Below the pieces are notes generated by a model, which worked only from the letters and a program-made list of their open reading frames with translations, made no database searches and was not told the DNA's origin. The translations under genes and the position numbers were made by a program. Of a stretch of DNA of 60,435 nt, positions 19,601 through 28,797 are shown piece after piece. Numbering within the stretch: position 1 is the stretch's first letter; each line of letters starts with the position of its first letter. This DNA comes from an uncultured virus (IMG/VR IMGVR_UViG_3300030103_005599) (taxonomy: Duplodnaviria > Heunggongvirae > Uroviricota > Caudoviricetes): the IMG/VR virus record IMGVR_UViG_3300030103_005599. One strand, 5' to 3'.

Positions 19601-20102
19601 CAACGCAACAGCAGTTGGATACATTGAAGCAAGTACAGGTGAGTTTGAAACTATTTCTGTAACAGAATCAGTTAGAGACTCAATGCACGAAGTTAAAGTA
19701 AATCCAATTACGTTCTTCTCAGGTTCAGGAATAGTAAACTTTGGAAACTTAACAAAAGTTTCAGGAAGTTCAGCACTAGACAGAATAAACGTATCAAGAT
19801 TAGCAGTATATCTAAGAACACAATTAGATGCCATTGCTAAACCGTTTATCTTTGAACCAAATGATCAACTTACAAGAAATGAAATTAAACAAGCAGTTGA
19901 ATCATTCTTGTTAGAACTTGTTGGTCAAAGAGCACTATTTGACTTCCTAGTAGTTTGTGACGAAACAAACAACACTGCTACAAGGATTGACAGAAACGAA
20001 CTGTATGTAGACATAGCAATTGAGCCAATCAAATCAGTTGAATTCATTTACATACCGTTGAGAATTAAAAACACAGGAGAAATTGCAAAGTTAGGGAACT
20101 AA
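16680..20102 (+). CDS. Tail sheath protein (gp18-like) with large internal insertion
   Basis: N-terminal SPGVEVSVINES; C-terminal PWFAPAGTRRG, LDRINVSRL, FEPND..TR and IEPIKSVEFIYIP motifs. Confidence 0.93.
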   Translation: MALTSPGVEVSVINESFYVPSDAGTTPLFIVASSQDKQNGAGSGTAAGTQSSNANTAYLISSQRELTETFGDPKFYTDASGNSLNGYELNEYGLQAAYSFLGVANRAFVLRANINTSELVGSASAPTADPSDGTYWLDLASSSYGIFEWSQANQKFTAKTPTLITSVGDLVGAVSTGAPKTSVGSIGDYAINTTHVSNKIYKKTASNTWAQLGSLAWHNSLPVVTVASGTTVSSGNTFVINGITITPGGTALSDVATAIGSSVVNVSASVNATTGNLEIFHNGLLTGDSTSGANTIRFEEGNGVLAELGITAGVKNGAKFLQAAHTSRPTWKTADEDRPNGSVWFKTTSANSGANIIAKLYSSASASFSTVASPLHATHHSAIFNLDAAGGGANLSVGALYTQFNITEQSLSSGADATTNVGDFQLFRYEGGTTVISSKTTSPSFTHNETFTVRESLKNQEALDTAKTVTIQSGDGSTLADADDFVTAFTAANFTNLTAEIIATGEHAGAIRITHALGGEFRMNNTSGTPLDDAGFGTSNAHAYGTFTANSSTLIDNLYVTPTGESEDSTVGNEVMASNWKRLSYTASVNAPTNEPADGTLWYDTNTDVADIMVHNGTTFKGYLQVYATTDPAGPQFSATAPTTQSDGTALVNNDLWIDTSDLENYPKLYKYNTAATLSSTNTNNQVAVTTTGAAWELVDKSDQTTEDGIVFADARFHTSADKQAGTSTAAGTASSIKDLLSDDFLDPDAPNPSLFPNGILLWNTRRSGFNVKEYKNSYITTTKYPGSGSSGLGNVRFSNESVASYYPDRWVTKSGNNADGSGTFGRKAQRKVIVEQLKSEIDTNQAIREDQRGYNVIACPGYPELIANMINLNTDRNNTAFILGDTPFRLEGTATSIQNWANNTAGASDNGEDGLVSGSDYLGVFYPSGQTTDNTGKSIVVPPSHMMLRVLANNDNVAFPWFAPAGTRRGVVDNATAVGYIEASTGEFETISVTESVRDSMHEVKVNPITFFSGSGIVNFGNLTKVSGSSALDRINVSRLAVYLRTQLDAIAKPFIFEPNDQLTRNEIKQAVESFLLELVGQRALFDFLVVCDETNNTATRIDRNELYVDIAIEPIKSVEFIYIPLRIKNTGEIAKLGN

Positions 20103-20125
20103 TTTTGAATAAATAGGAGAAACAG

Positions 20126-20746
20126 ATGGCAATATCAACTTTATCAAAATTTACAGTACCTTTAGCAAACGATCAAAGTTCAGCATCACAAGGCTTATTG
20201 ATGCCAAAACTACAATATCGTTTTAGAGCAATACTGGAAAATTTTGGAGTATCAACACCAAGATCAGAACTAACAAAACAAGTTATCGACATAACAAGAC
20301 CTAACTTGACTTTTGACAACGTTACATTAGATGTTTACAACTCTAAAGTATATGTTGCAGGTAAACACACTTGGGATCCAATTACAATTACATTGAGAGA
20401 TGACGTGAACAACTCAGTAACTAAACTAGTTGGTGAGCAGATCCAGAAACAGTTTGACTTCTTCGAACAGTCAAGTGCGGCATCTGGTATTGACTACAAA
20501 TTCACAACAAGAATTGAAATGTTAGATGGTGGTAACGGAGCAAGTGCACCAAATGTATTAGAAACATTTGAATTATACGGTGCATATGTTGAAAACGTAA
20601 ACTACAACACACTAGCATACGCAACTTCAGATCCAGCAACAATCACAATGTCAGTTAGATATGACAACGCAATCCAAACTCCGACAGGAACAGGAATTGG
20701 TACAGCAGTTGCAAGAACTATCGGTACGTTAAGTACAGGTGGTTAA
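20126..20746 (+). CDS. Tail tube protein (gp19-like)
   Basis: Follows the sheath gene; PKLQYRFR, AGKHTWDPITITLRDD and RYDNA motifs. Confidence 0.85.
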   Translation: MAISTLSKFTVPLANDQSSASQGLLMPKLQYRFRAILENFGVSTPRSELTKQVIDITRPNLTFDNVTLDVYNSKVYVAGKHTWDPITITLRDDVNNSVTKLVGEQIQKQFDFFEQSSAASGIDYKFTTRIEMLDGGNGASAPNVLETFELYGAYVENVNYNTLAYATSDPATITMSVRYDNAIQTPTGTGIGTAVARTIGTLSTGG

Positions 20747-20776
20747 TAAGAATTAAGTTAGCAATTATAAACAATC

Positions 20777-20803
20777 AAAGCGCCTTTATATGGCGCTTTT
20801 TTT
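20777..20803 (+). terminator. Rho-independent terminator
   Basis: AAAGCGCC-TTTATAT-GGCGCTTT followed by a T run. Confidence 0.8.
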
Positions 20804-20821
20804 GTGGCCATAAATATCCAT

Positions 20822-22210
20822 ATGCCAAGCATTAACAATTTTCTAAAAGGTTTCCAGGACGGACTGCCGGGTATGAAAGACTACCGACACGCATCTAGAT
20901 TGTATATAGACGACAATTACAAACTGATGCCAAAGCAGAAGTTTCTGTTTCATGTGGTTTTCAACACCGACGAAACTTTGTTTTACAACGGATTCAATCA
21001 AAACGAAAGATACCAATTGAACATGTTAGTAAAAAGTTGTGACCTACCTAGGTACAACATGAGCATGGAAGAAAAAACACAGTACAACAAGAAGATGTAT
21101 GCGGCAACCAGGATAGCATACGAGCCTGTCAACATAAACTTCCACGACGATCACGCAGATACCGTGAACGCTTTCTGGAAAAAATATTACGAATATAACA
21201 TTGCAGACTCTGTGTCTATGAACTCCGATCTGCAAATAGCCGCAACCAAAGACGATGCATATGATGGCATTGAACAGAAAAGCATTACAAAGTTTGGTAT
21301 GGATACACCTAAAGTGCGTAAAAAACCATATCTTAAAGGCATAGAAATTTTTGTACTTCACAAGCAAAGATTTACATCAATGACACTTGTAAATCCAGTT
21401 ATAGGATCTTTCAGCCACGACGGCGTGGATCAGGCAGATGGTGCAGGCATAATGTCCAACGCCATGCAAATACTCTATGAAACTGTAATCTATAAATCGG
21501 GTGTTATTAATAGGAATTCGGTACCTGGATTTGCTACAATCAACTACGACAAAGAGCCAAGTCCACTTACGGTGCTAGGTGGAGGAACAAATAGCATATT
21601 CGGTCCAGGTGGTGTAATTGACGGAGTAGGTTCTGTGATTAGAAACTATCAAGAAGGCAATATTTTAGGAGCAATTCTAGCCGCAACTAACACTTATAAC
21701 AATGCTAAAAAGATTAAAAAGAAAGATGCAAAAGAAGAATTGAAAGGCATAGCAAAAAAAGGAGTTTTAGAAGTCGCAAAAGAGGCCGGTACAATTACTA
21801 ATCCTGTAGGTGGATTTAATGTTGGAGCCGCAGTAGCCGCCGGAGCAATAATTGCCACAGCAAAAGGCACAAATGATAACAATAACAAAAACAATTTAAG
21901 AGTAATCACAAATGCAAATCAGGATTACACAAACTACCTTACTCCGGACGAATCTTTTAATCTAATTAATAATGACGAAACTCTTAAAGATGAAATTGCG
22001 TCTGGCATATACTACAAAGATATTGGCTCAAGAAACAACCTAACAGTTGCAGAGTCAGATGTGCAATACACAAACAGCACAGCAACAACAAAGACTGTTT
22101 ATAGAAACAAAGCAATTACGGATGTACGGAAACTAGTTACAGAAGGATATCTAAAAATTGAAAGAAACACTAACGACGTAAGCATTGCAACAGAGAAAGT
22201 AGGATTATAA
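20822..22210 (+). CDS. Tube-like baseplate/tail-tube initiator (gp48/gp54-like)
   Basis: Tube-fold-like motifs (LVKSCDLP, YEPVNINFHDD, YETV); directly follows the tube gene. Start set after TAAATA 20811. Confidence 0.55.
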   Translation: MPSINNFLKGFQDGLPGMKDYRHASRLYIDDNYKLMPKQKFLFHVVFNTDETLFYNGFNQNERYQLNMLVKSCDLPRYNMSMEEKTQYNKKMYAATRIAYEPVNINFHDDHADTVNAFWKKYYEYNIADSVSMNSDLQIAATKDDAYDGIEQKSITKFGMDTPKVRKKPYLKGIEIFVLHKQRFTSMTLVNPVIGSFSHDGVDQADGAGIMSNAMQILYETVIYKSGVINRNSVPGFATINYDKEPSPLTVLGGGTNSIFGPGGVIDGVGSVIRNYQEGNILGAILAATNTYNNAKKIKKKDAKEELKGIAKKGVLEVAKEAGTITNPVGGFNVGAAVAAGAIIATAKGTNDNNNKNNLRVITNANQDYTNYLTPDESFNLINNDETLKDEIASGIYYKDIGSRNNLTVAESDVQYTNSTATTKTVYRNKAITDVRKLVTEGYLKIERNTNDVSIATEKVGL

Positions 22211-22587
22211 TGGCTGACTTTTACACAAACTTACCACCAAAAGAAAAAGACGATTTACAGAAAACAATTGACAAATTAACGACGAACAATTACGAAACAG
22301 AATACCAATTTAATGTTGGAGAGTATGACAGCACTATTGCTTTCTTTGTAAACAGAGGATTTAAAAGAGCATCTGCTGAATCTACTGCATATGTAATATT
22401 GTCACAGGCAAAAATTGATAACATTTCTGCAAGGGAAATATTAGATAAACTTGCCGTAGTCGATGATGCACAACTTTCAGAAATAATAACAATAATTCTA
22501 AACGCCAACAGATACAAATCAAGTAGACTGGGTGTTAGACAAACACTTACCACTACAGAAACAGTATCTAGAAACATAATAGACTAA
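22210..22587 (+). CDS. Hypothetical protein
   Basis: 125-aa ORF coupled by TAATG overlaps on both sides. Confidence 0.7.
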   Translation: MADFYTNLPPKEKDDLQKTIDKLTTNNYETEYQFNVGEYDSTIAFFVNRGFKRASAESTAYVILSQAKIDNISAREILDKLAVVDDAQLSEIITIILNANRYKSSRLGVRQTLTTTETVSRNIID

Positions 22588-23027
22588 TGCTTCCTAGATT
22601 TGCACGCGGTAAGTTCTCCCCAAAGAACAAAGAAAAATATGTTGGTACAAGAACACCAACTTACAGATCTAGTTGGGAACATGCGTTTATGAGATTGTGT
22701 GACGAACACCCAAGCGTGTATCAATGGGCCTCAGAATCAATCAAGATACCTTACAGGCATCCATTGACTGGCAAATACACTGTGTACGTTCCTGATTTTT
22801 TTATCATCTACATGGACAAGAACGGGAAGAAACATGCAGAGATGATTGAAGTCAAACCAATGGCTCAAACCACAATGGAAAAGGCCGGCAGGAGTATGGG
22901 TAAAAGGAAGCAGGTAATAATTAATCAGGCCAAATGGGAGGCCGCTAGTTCGTATGCCAAGCAAAGAAGGATAGGATTCCGTGTCGTATCAGAAGAGCAG
23001 TTATTCCACAACGGCAAACGTAAGTAA
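22587..23027 (+). CDS. Head completion nuclease (gp4-like, TnsA-type PD-(D/E)xK fold)
   Basis: YRSSWE, WASE...IPY, Y.PDF, IEVKP and NQAKWEAA motifs. Confidence 0.88.
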   Translation: MLPRFARGKFSPKNKEKYVGTRTPTYRSSWEHAFMRLCDEHPSVYQWASESIKIPYRHPLTGKYTVYVPDFFIIYMDKNGKKHAEMIEVKPMAQTTMEKAGRSMGKRKQVIINQAKWEAASSYAKQRRIGFRVVSEEQLFHNGKRK

Positions 23028-23035
23028 ATATAGGC

Positions 23036-23557
23036 ATGACAAAAAAGTTAGAAGATATTCTTAATTTACCAAACGTAAAAGAAGCGTTCAAAGAGGTGGA
23101 TAAAAAAGAACAAGCCAAAGCAAACAAAGATCAAACAAAAGAAGTAATGAAAAATGTTGATCCAGAAACAAGGAAAAATTTAGAGAAAAGTTATGCTGAA
23201 TTTGACAAAGTAGCGGCCGCACTTCCTCAGGTTAAAGGATTGGGCGAATTGTCGGATCTTGAGTTGGACAAGTTGGCCATAGAAGCAGAAGAGAGTTACA
23301 AGAACTTGATGGACTTGGGAATGAATGTAGACTCACGTTATTCGGGCAGAATTTTTGAAGTAGCGGGTAATTTCCTTAGAAACGCCATAGATGCTAAAAG
23401 CGGCAAAATAGACAAAAAACTCAAAATGATAGAATTACAACTTAAAAAGCAGAAGATAGACCAAGGAAACAAAGACGGCCCAGCAGTACAGGAATCTGAG
23501 GGTTTTGTAATATCTGATCGTAATGAATTAATGAAGAAACTACTTAAAAAAGACTAA
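23036..23557 (+). CDS. Putative terminase small subunit (gp16-like)
   Basis: Helical LMDLGMNVD.R...RIFEVA...L..AIDAK core ending in DRNELMK; upstream of the large terminase. Confidence 0.55.
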   Translation: MTKKLEDILNLPNVKEAFKEVDKKEQAKANKDQTKEVMKNVDPETRKNLEKSYAEFDKVAAALPQVKGLGELSDLELDKLAIEAEESYKNLMDLGMNVDSRYSGRIFEVAGNFLRNAIDAKSGKIDKKLKMIELQLKKQKIDQGNKDGPAVQESEGFVISDRNELMKKLLKKD

Positions 23558-23566
23558 ATATTGCAT

Positions 23567-24187
23567 ATGAGCACGTTTTCACAATACCTTACAGAATCAA
23601 CAAAGTCGTATGACTACAAAATAAAGGTAGCAGGACCAATTGCAGATGACTTTGCAAACAAAATGGAAACTGCTTTACAAAAGTTTGAAGTAGCAAAAAT
23701 GTCAGCAGGTAAGAAAACGCCTATTATGACACAGCCTTTAGATTTTCCGCAGTTAAGCAACGAAGAAGTAACCATCTATGATGTGACTACAAACTATCCG
23801 GTGTCTGTCAGAGAACTAAAAGAGTACCTAGGCGTGTACATGAACTTGCCACAAACACATATCGTTGTTAGAAAGCCAGGTGAGCCAACTGAGGAATACC
23901 AAGACCAGATGCAGGTTGCAAAGAATTCAGAATACCAAAATAAATTATTAGACATTGAAATGAAAGATTCTCCAAAAGTAAACGCAGAAGATTTTCATTC
24001 AACACAGGCAAACATGAGTTTGTTAAAAGAATTATTGAAAGACAAAGACAATAGATACGAGATCGAAAAAGGGTCTGATAACAAAACTCAAGAAGCACAG
24101 AGTAAAGAAGAAAAAGCAAGTCCTTCACCAATTAAAGGACACGATGGTCCAATAAAAGGAAACCCACACCCAGCAGGAGCAAAATAA
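23567..24187 (+). CDS. Hypothetical protein (possible prohead-core protein)
   Basis: N-terminal FSQYLTES with an LxE protease-type site; TAAATA promoter. Confidence 0.6.
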   Translation: MSTFSQYLTESTKSYDYKIKVAGPIADDFANKMETALQKFEVAKMSAGKKTPIMTQPLDFPQLSNEEVTIYDVTTNYPVSVRELKEYLGVYMNLPQTHIVVRKPGEPTEEYQDQMQVAKNSEYQNKLLDIEMKDSPKVNAEDFHSTQANMSLLKELLKDKDNRYEIEKGSDNKTQEAQSKEEKASPSPIKGHDGPIKGNPHPAGAK

Positions 24188-24189
24188 TT

Positions 24190-25020
24190 ATGGAAATGAT
24201 CGACGTATTAAAAAGATTACAAGAGATTGCAGAGACTAAACCAGAGTTAGTTAAAGACGCTGTTGAAAATGTAGAGAAGACAAATCCTAAACAGGTTAGT
24301 GAGGGCGGAATGAAAGATTATTTACATGGTGAAGCAGAAAAACTTTCAAGAGAAGAATTTTTAAAGAAACACGGTGAAAGCCTAAGAGGTTTTTACAATG
24401 CAATAAATGGCGAAGAAGACGACGAAGACGGCATTGCGGCAGGAGAAGGAAAAATGATGAAAAAAGAAACTGTAAAAGAAGATATCAAAATCCAAGCAGA
24501 TACTCCACAAGAAGCATCAATGATGATGCAGATTTTAAAATTGGCAGGTGTAGAACAAGTGACACCAGACATGATGGGTATGGACAAACCTGAGATGGAT
24601 CCAGGTGCCATGAATAAGAAAATGGACGTACCGGGCGATGATGCAATGGGCAGTATGCAAATGGGTAAAATGAGAGACATGATGACTGCACCAGAAGAAG
24701 AAAAAGCAGAAGAAACATTTGCAAACACACCGGATGAAAAAACTTCGGATGTGGACACTTTAGTAAATGTGCATTCGGGCGGTGCTAATAGACAAAAAAT
24801 TCAATACAAAAAAGAATATCCGGGCGACAATCCATTAGCAGTGGAAGACACTATTACTCAAGAAAGTTTAGCAAATAGCCTGAGAGAACAATACGACAAT
24901 TTCAAAAAGGCTTACCAAGAAGCGGCAAAACCAGACTACATCGACCTAGATAAGGACGGTAACAAAACTGAACCAATGAAAAAGGCCGCAAAAGACAAAG
25001 AAGCCAAAGAGAAAAAATAA
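24190..25020 (+). CDS. Acidic Met-rich hypothetical protein (possible internal head protein)
   Basis: Low complexity; ILKLAG motif and DLDKDG loop near the C-terminus. Confidence 0.6.
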   Translation: MEMIDVLKRLQEIAETKPELVKDAVENVEKTNPKQVSEGGMKDYLHGEAEKLSREEFLKKHGESLRGFYNAINGEEDDEDGIAAGEGKMMKKETVKEDIKIQADTPQEASMMMQILKLAGVEQVTPDMMGMDKPEMDPGAMNKKMDVPGDDAMGSMQMGKMRDMMTAPEEEKAEETFANTPDEKTSDVDTLVNVHSGGANRQKIQYKKEYPGDNPLAVEDTITQESLANSLREQYDNFKKAYQEAAKPDYIDLDKDGNKTEPMKKAAKDKEAKEKK

Positions 25021-25061
25021 GTTAGTTTTCCTCCACACTTTAAGGTATTAAATACTACGTT

Positions 25062-26654
25062 ATGGCATACGTAAGTTTAGATTCAGACCAAATAAAAAAG
25101 GCCAATAAGAAGCACAAATATTCTAAAGAACAGGTAGAACAATTAGAAAAGTGCATGGACCCTAACACCGGCCCAATATATTTCATGAAAAAATTCATGA
25201 AAATTCAACATCCTACAAAAGGCGAAATGGCCTTTCAACCCTTTCCTTATCAAGAAAGATTGATAGAAAGTTACAACAATCATAGATTTAGCATTGCTAT
25301 GTTACCAAGGCAAACAGGTAAGACCACATGTGCATCCGGTTACCTTATTTGGTATGCAATGTTTAGACCCGACTCACAGATCTTAATAGCGGCGCACAAA
25401 TATGCTGGTGCATCAGATATCATGTCAAGGGTGCGTTATGCATATGAGATGTTGCCTTCATGGATCAAGGCAGGGGTAAACCAATATAACAGAAACTCTA
25501 TAGAATTTGATAATGGATCAAAAATAATGGCGACTACTACTACAGAAAACACAGGTAGGGGTATGTCACTAACATTGATTTACTGTGATGAGTTTGCTTT
25601 CGTGCAACCACCAGAAAAAGCCAAAGAATTTTGGACATCACTATCTCCAACTTTGAGTACAGGTGGTAAATGTATGATTACATCAACACCTAATAGTGAC
25701 GAAGATCAGTTCGCTATGATTTGGAAAGAAGCAAACAAGAGATTTGACGAATATGGAAATGATAAGATAACCGGAACAAATGGCTTTTATGCCATGAAGG
25801 CTCACTGGTCTGAACACCCGGATAGAGACGAAGCCTGGGCAGATGCAGAACGAGCCAGAATTGGTGAAGAAAGATTCCGTAGGGAACACGAGTGTGAATT
25901 CTTAATTTTTGACGAAACTTTAATCAGCAGTTTAACTTTAGCAGATATGGAAGGAACAACACCTGTGGAGACAACAGGACAGGTACGTTGGTTTAAGAGA
26001 CCAACTCCAGGACACACATATATGGTTTCTTTGGATCCTAGTATGGGTACAGGAGGAGATTTTGCCGCTATACAAATATTTGAACTGCCTACATTTGAAC
26101 AAATAGGTGAATGGCATCACAATATGACTCCAATGAATCAACAAGTAAGAATCTTGCAAGGCATCAACAAACATATTCATGATACAATTATGGAGAAAGA
26201 TGCCAGTGCAACACCACAAATTTTCTACAGCATGGAAAACAATACAATAGGTGAAGCCGCACTTATGCGTGTGATGGATATTGGGGAAGAAAATATAATG
26301 GGAATGTTCTTAAGTGAACCGATACGTAAAGGACACAGGAGGAAATTCAGAAGAGGATTCAATACCACAGCCAAACATAAGATTGACGCCTGTACAAAAT
26401 TTAAGGAACTTGTCGAAGGTGGCAAAATGAAAATAAACTCTCAACTGCTGATATCAGAAATGAAGGACTTTGTTGCGTCGGGGTTAAGTTACAAAGCAAA
26501 ACCAGGACAGCATGATGACCTTGTAAGTGCTTGTTTATTAATGACTCGTATGATGAAGGTCTTGGCCGATTTTGACCCTAAAATATTCGAAAAGTGGACA
26601 GACAGAACCAGCGAAGTTACGCCAATGCCTATATTTGGATCGTTCACAGGATAA
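25062..26654 (+). CDS. Terminase large subunit (gp17-like)
   Basis: PRQTGKTT Walker A, LIYCDEFAF Walker B, ITSTPN, nuclease DPS.G.GGD and HDDLV motifs. Confidence 0.96.
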   Translation: MAYVSLDSDQIKKANKKHKYSKEQVEQLEKCMDPNTGPIYFMKKFMKIQHPTKGEMAFQPFPYQERLIESYNNHRFSIAMLPRQTGKTTCASGYLIWYAMFRPDSQILIAAHKYAGASDIMSRVRYAYEMLPSWIKAGVNQYNRNSIEFDNGSKIMATTTTENTGRGMSLTLIYCDEFAFVQPPEKAKEFWTSLSPTLSTGGKCMITSTPNSDEDQFAMIWKEANKRFDEYGNDKITGTNGFYAMKAHWSEHPDRDEAWADAERARIGEERFRREHECEFLIFDETLISSLTLADMEGTTPVETTGQVRWFKRPTPGHTYMVSLDPSMGTGGDFAAIQIFELPTFEQIGEWHHNMTPMNQQVRILQGINKHIHDTIMEKDASATPQIFYSMENNTIGEAALMRVMDIGEENIMGMFLSEPIRKGHRRKFRRGFNTTAKHKIDACTKFKELVEGGKMKINSQLLISEMKDFVASGLSYKAKPGQHDDLVSACLLMTRMMKVLADFDPKIFEKWTDRTSEVTPMPIFGSFTG

Positions 26655-26666
26655 TAAATACGCTAT

Positions 26667-28697
26667 ATGAATCCAAAAAACTCAGTAGACCTATTCAACA
26701 AAATTAGATCACAGTTTGCAAACATACGTTTAGGCGACGAAAATGGCGCCGCCACCGCTGATCCAAACAGTGCAGTATTTTTTGAATTTGAATTCAGAGA
26801 AGATGCTGATACTTTTGGTGCTGTAAGCATTAGTCTTGCAGACGGCGAACACATGAAAGTGTATTATAATAGAGATCTTGTTAGTAAAATAGACGAAGAC
26901 AGCAGAGACGAGTGGTACGCATTCTTAAAAGAGCTCAAAGACTTTGCTGTGGAGCATCAATTAGGATTTGATGTTAGAGATATCACAAAAAACAACCTAA
27001 CGAAGCAGGATTATGAAAATCTTGCAGATACGAACAAAACGGTAAATACTGATGAAATGTCAGAAGAATTAGCAAGAATTACAAAATTAGCAGGCGTTAA
27101 TGAAGGCCTGACAGGCACTGCCAAACGTTCATACGAAAATCTAGACAAAACAAAATTGATAATCAGACACAAAGGCAAAGTTGACGAGACTGTGCCAGGA
27201 GCAAGATCAAGACAGATACAATCATTATACATTGAGAACGAAGACGGTGAAAGATTCAAGTATCCAATGACACACCTAGCAGGTGCAAGAGCAATGATGA
27301 GACACGTTGCAAACGGTGGAAGACCACATGACGAGTTTGGGGAACACATTATTAAAACTTCAGAAGACATAGCAAAATTAAATTCATTTCAAAGATATGT
27401 TAGCAACAAAGATCAATTAAATGATAATGCAGGCGATATTATTGAAAATACAAAATTACAACTAGAAAATTTAAGAGAATACATGAGAAATCTTTCTAAA
27501 CAAGGACACTACGAATCTAGTTGCAAGAGTTACAAGAAAGCAGAAGATCAAGTACTAGACGATGAAACTGTAAACAAATTAAGAGAAAAATTCACACAAA
27601 CAAATTTAGACAGCAGAGTTGAAGATGCTTTTCCACTTATTAGTAGGGTAATGGCAGAATTAGAAAATGCACCTAAAGAAGAACCAATCAACGAACTTGA
27701 GCCAGATGCAGAACCAATCGATGCACCTATACAGCCACCTGTTGATCATGGAGCAATAGTACAGTCTTTCCTAACAGATCCAGATAGCAAACTTATTTTA
27801 AGAAAAGACGACTCTGCAGACAAAATGTTACAGAACACAAAATTTACAAACAAAAATACGATGTTAAGTTCTATACTTTCTGATATAGCATCAAGACTTT
27901 TAACTAAATCAGGTGAAGAGGACAGGTTGGCAAACTTTGCTTCAAGAGTAGCAGACGAAATGGAGCAGGAAAATTCGGCGACATTCAAACCAACACCGGA
28001 CTACATCAAAAACAAAAAAATTGCTGTACAATTAGCAAAAAGATACATCGACGACTACAAAAAAATGCAGAAAGATCCAGCATTCAAAGACGAAGTAAGA
28101 AAAGATCCTGGTGAATTTGCACCTAAGAAAGATCTTAAAGGCAAAGCAAAAGAACAAGAAGCATTTGAGAGTTGGGTAGACAATGTAGGCGAAGCAACTA
28201 TCAAACCTTATGTGAGTATGTACAAAGGTGAAGATGGTAAAATGGTTTACGATGTCTTAGATAAAGATAGTAAATCAGCATTCAAAAGCAATGACATGGA
28301 AGCGGCTCAAGAGTATCTAAAACAAAATTACAAAAAATTAAGAGAAGAACCAAAACCAGAACCAGAGTCAGAAAAAAAAGACAAAGAAAATCCTGTTAAA
28401 CTTAATGTAACAAAAGCGGACAAGGACGGTGGAACAGTTGCTTACAAAAGAATGAAAGCCGGTGCACCTGGATATGTTGACAAAACAGACGAGGGTAACG
28501 AATTCGCTCATGCTGTAAGAAAAGCAAAAGCGGCTGGAATGAAACAAGGCGACAAATTCAAAGTTGGCGACAAAGAATACACACTACAAGACGCAATCGA
28601 ACTTGCTGGAATGCAACTAGAAGATTTCTTTTCTGAAGAAGAACAAGCATACGACAATCAAATAGATCGTATCAAAAACCTAGCATTTTACCAATAA
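26667..28697 (+). CDS. Large hypothetical protein (possible head-internal protein)
   Basis: 676 aa, late TAAATA promoter, repeated xKLAG-like motifs. Confidence 0.65.
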   Translation: MNPKNSVDLFNKIRSQFANIRLGDENGAATADPNSAVFFEFEFREDADTFGAVSISLADGEHMKVYYNRDLVSKIDEDSRDEWYAFLKELKDFAVEHQLGFDVRDITKNNLTKQDYENLADTNKTVNTDEMSEELARITKLAGVNEGLTGTAKRSYENLDKTKLIIRHKGKVDETVPGARSRQIQSLYIENEDGERFKYPMTHLAGARAMMRHVANGGRPHDEFGEHIIKTSEDIAKLNSFQRYVSNKDQLNDNAGDIIENTKLQLENLREYMRNLSKQGHYESSCKSYKKAEDQVLDDETVNKLREKFTQTNLDSRVEDAFPLISRVMAELENAPKEEPINELEPDAEPIDAPIQPPVDHGAIVQSFLTDPDSKLILRKDDSADKMLQNTKFTNKNTMLSSILSDIASRLLTKSGEEDRLANFASRVADEMEQENSATFKPTPDYIKNKKIAVQLAKRYIDDYKKMQKDPAFKDEVRKDPGEFAPKKDLKGKAKEQEAFESWVDNVGEATIKPYVSMYKGEDGKMVYDVLDKDSKSAFKSNDMEAAQEYLKQNYKKLREEPKPEPESEKKDKENPVKLNVTKADKDGGTVAYKRMKAGAPGYVDKTDEGNEFAHAVRKAKAAGMKQGDKFKVGDKEYTLQDAIELAGMQLEDFFSEEEQAYDNQIDRIKNLAFYQ

Positions 28698-28703
28698 TAG
28701 TAC

Positions 28704-28732
28704 TAGACATTAGATAAATATAGTTGTATATT
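28704..28732 (+). promoter_or_regulatory. Overlapping sigma70-like and late promoters for gene 32
   Basis: TAGACA-17 nt-TATATT, with TAAATA (28715-28720) in the spacer. Confidence 0.5.
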
Positions 28733-28797
28733 AAACTATATGTCTAATATACATTTAGGCACAAACAACATAGGCACAATAAAAGGAGGCTTACATT

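Noticed and set aside
22587..23027. TnsA transposase or mobile element
   Set aside because: Motifs and context fit T4 gp4 head-completion nuclease; no other transposition genes or terminal repeats.
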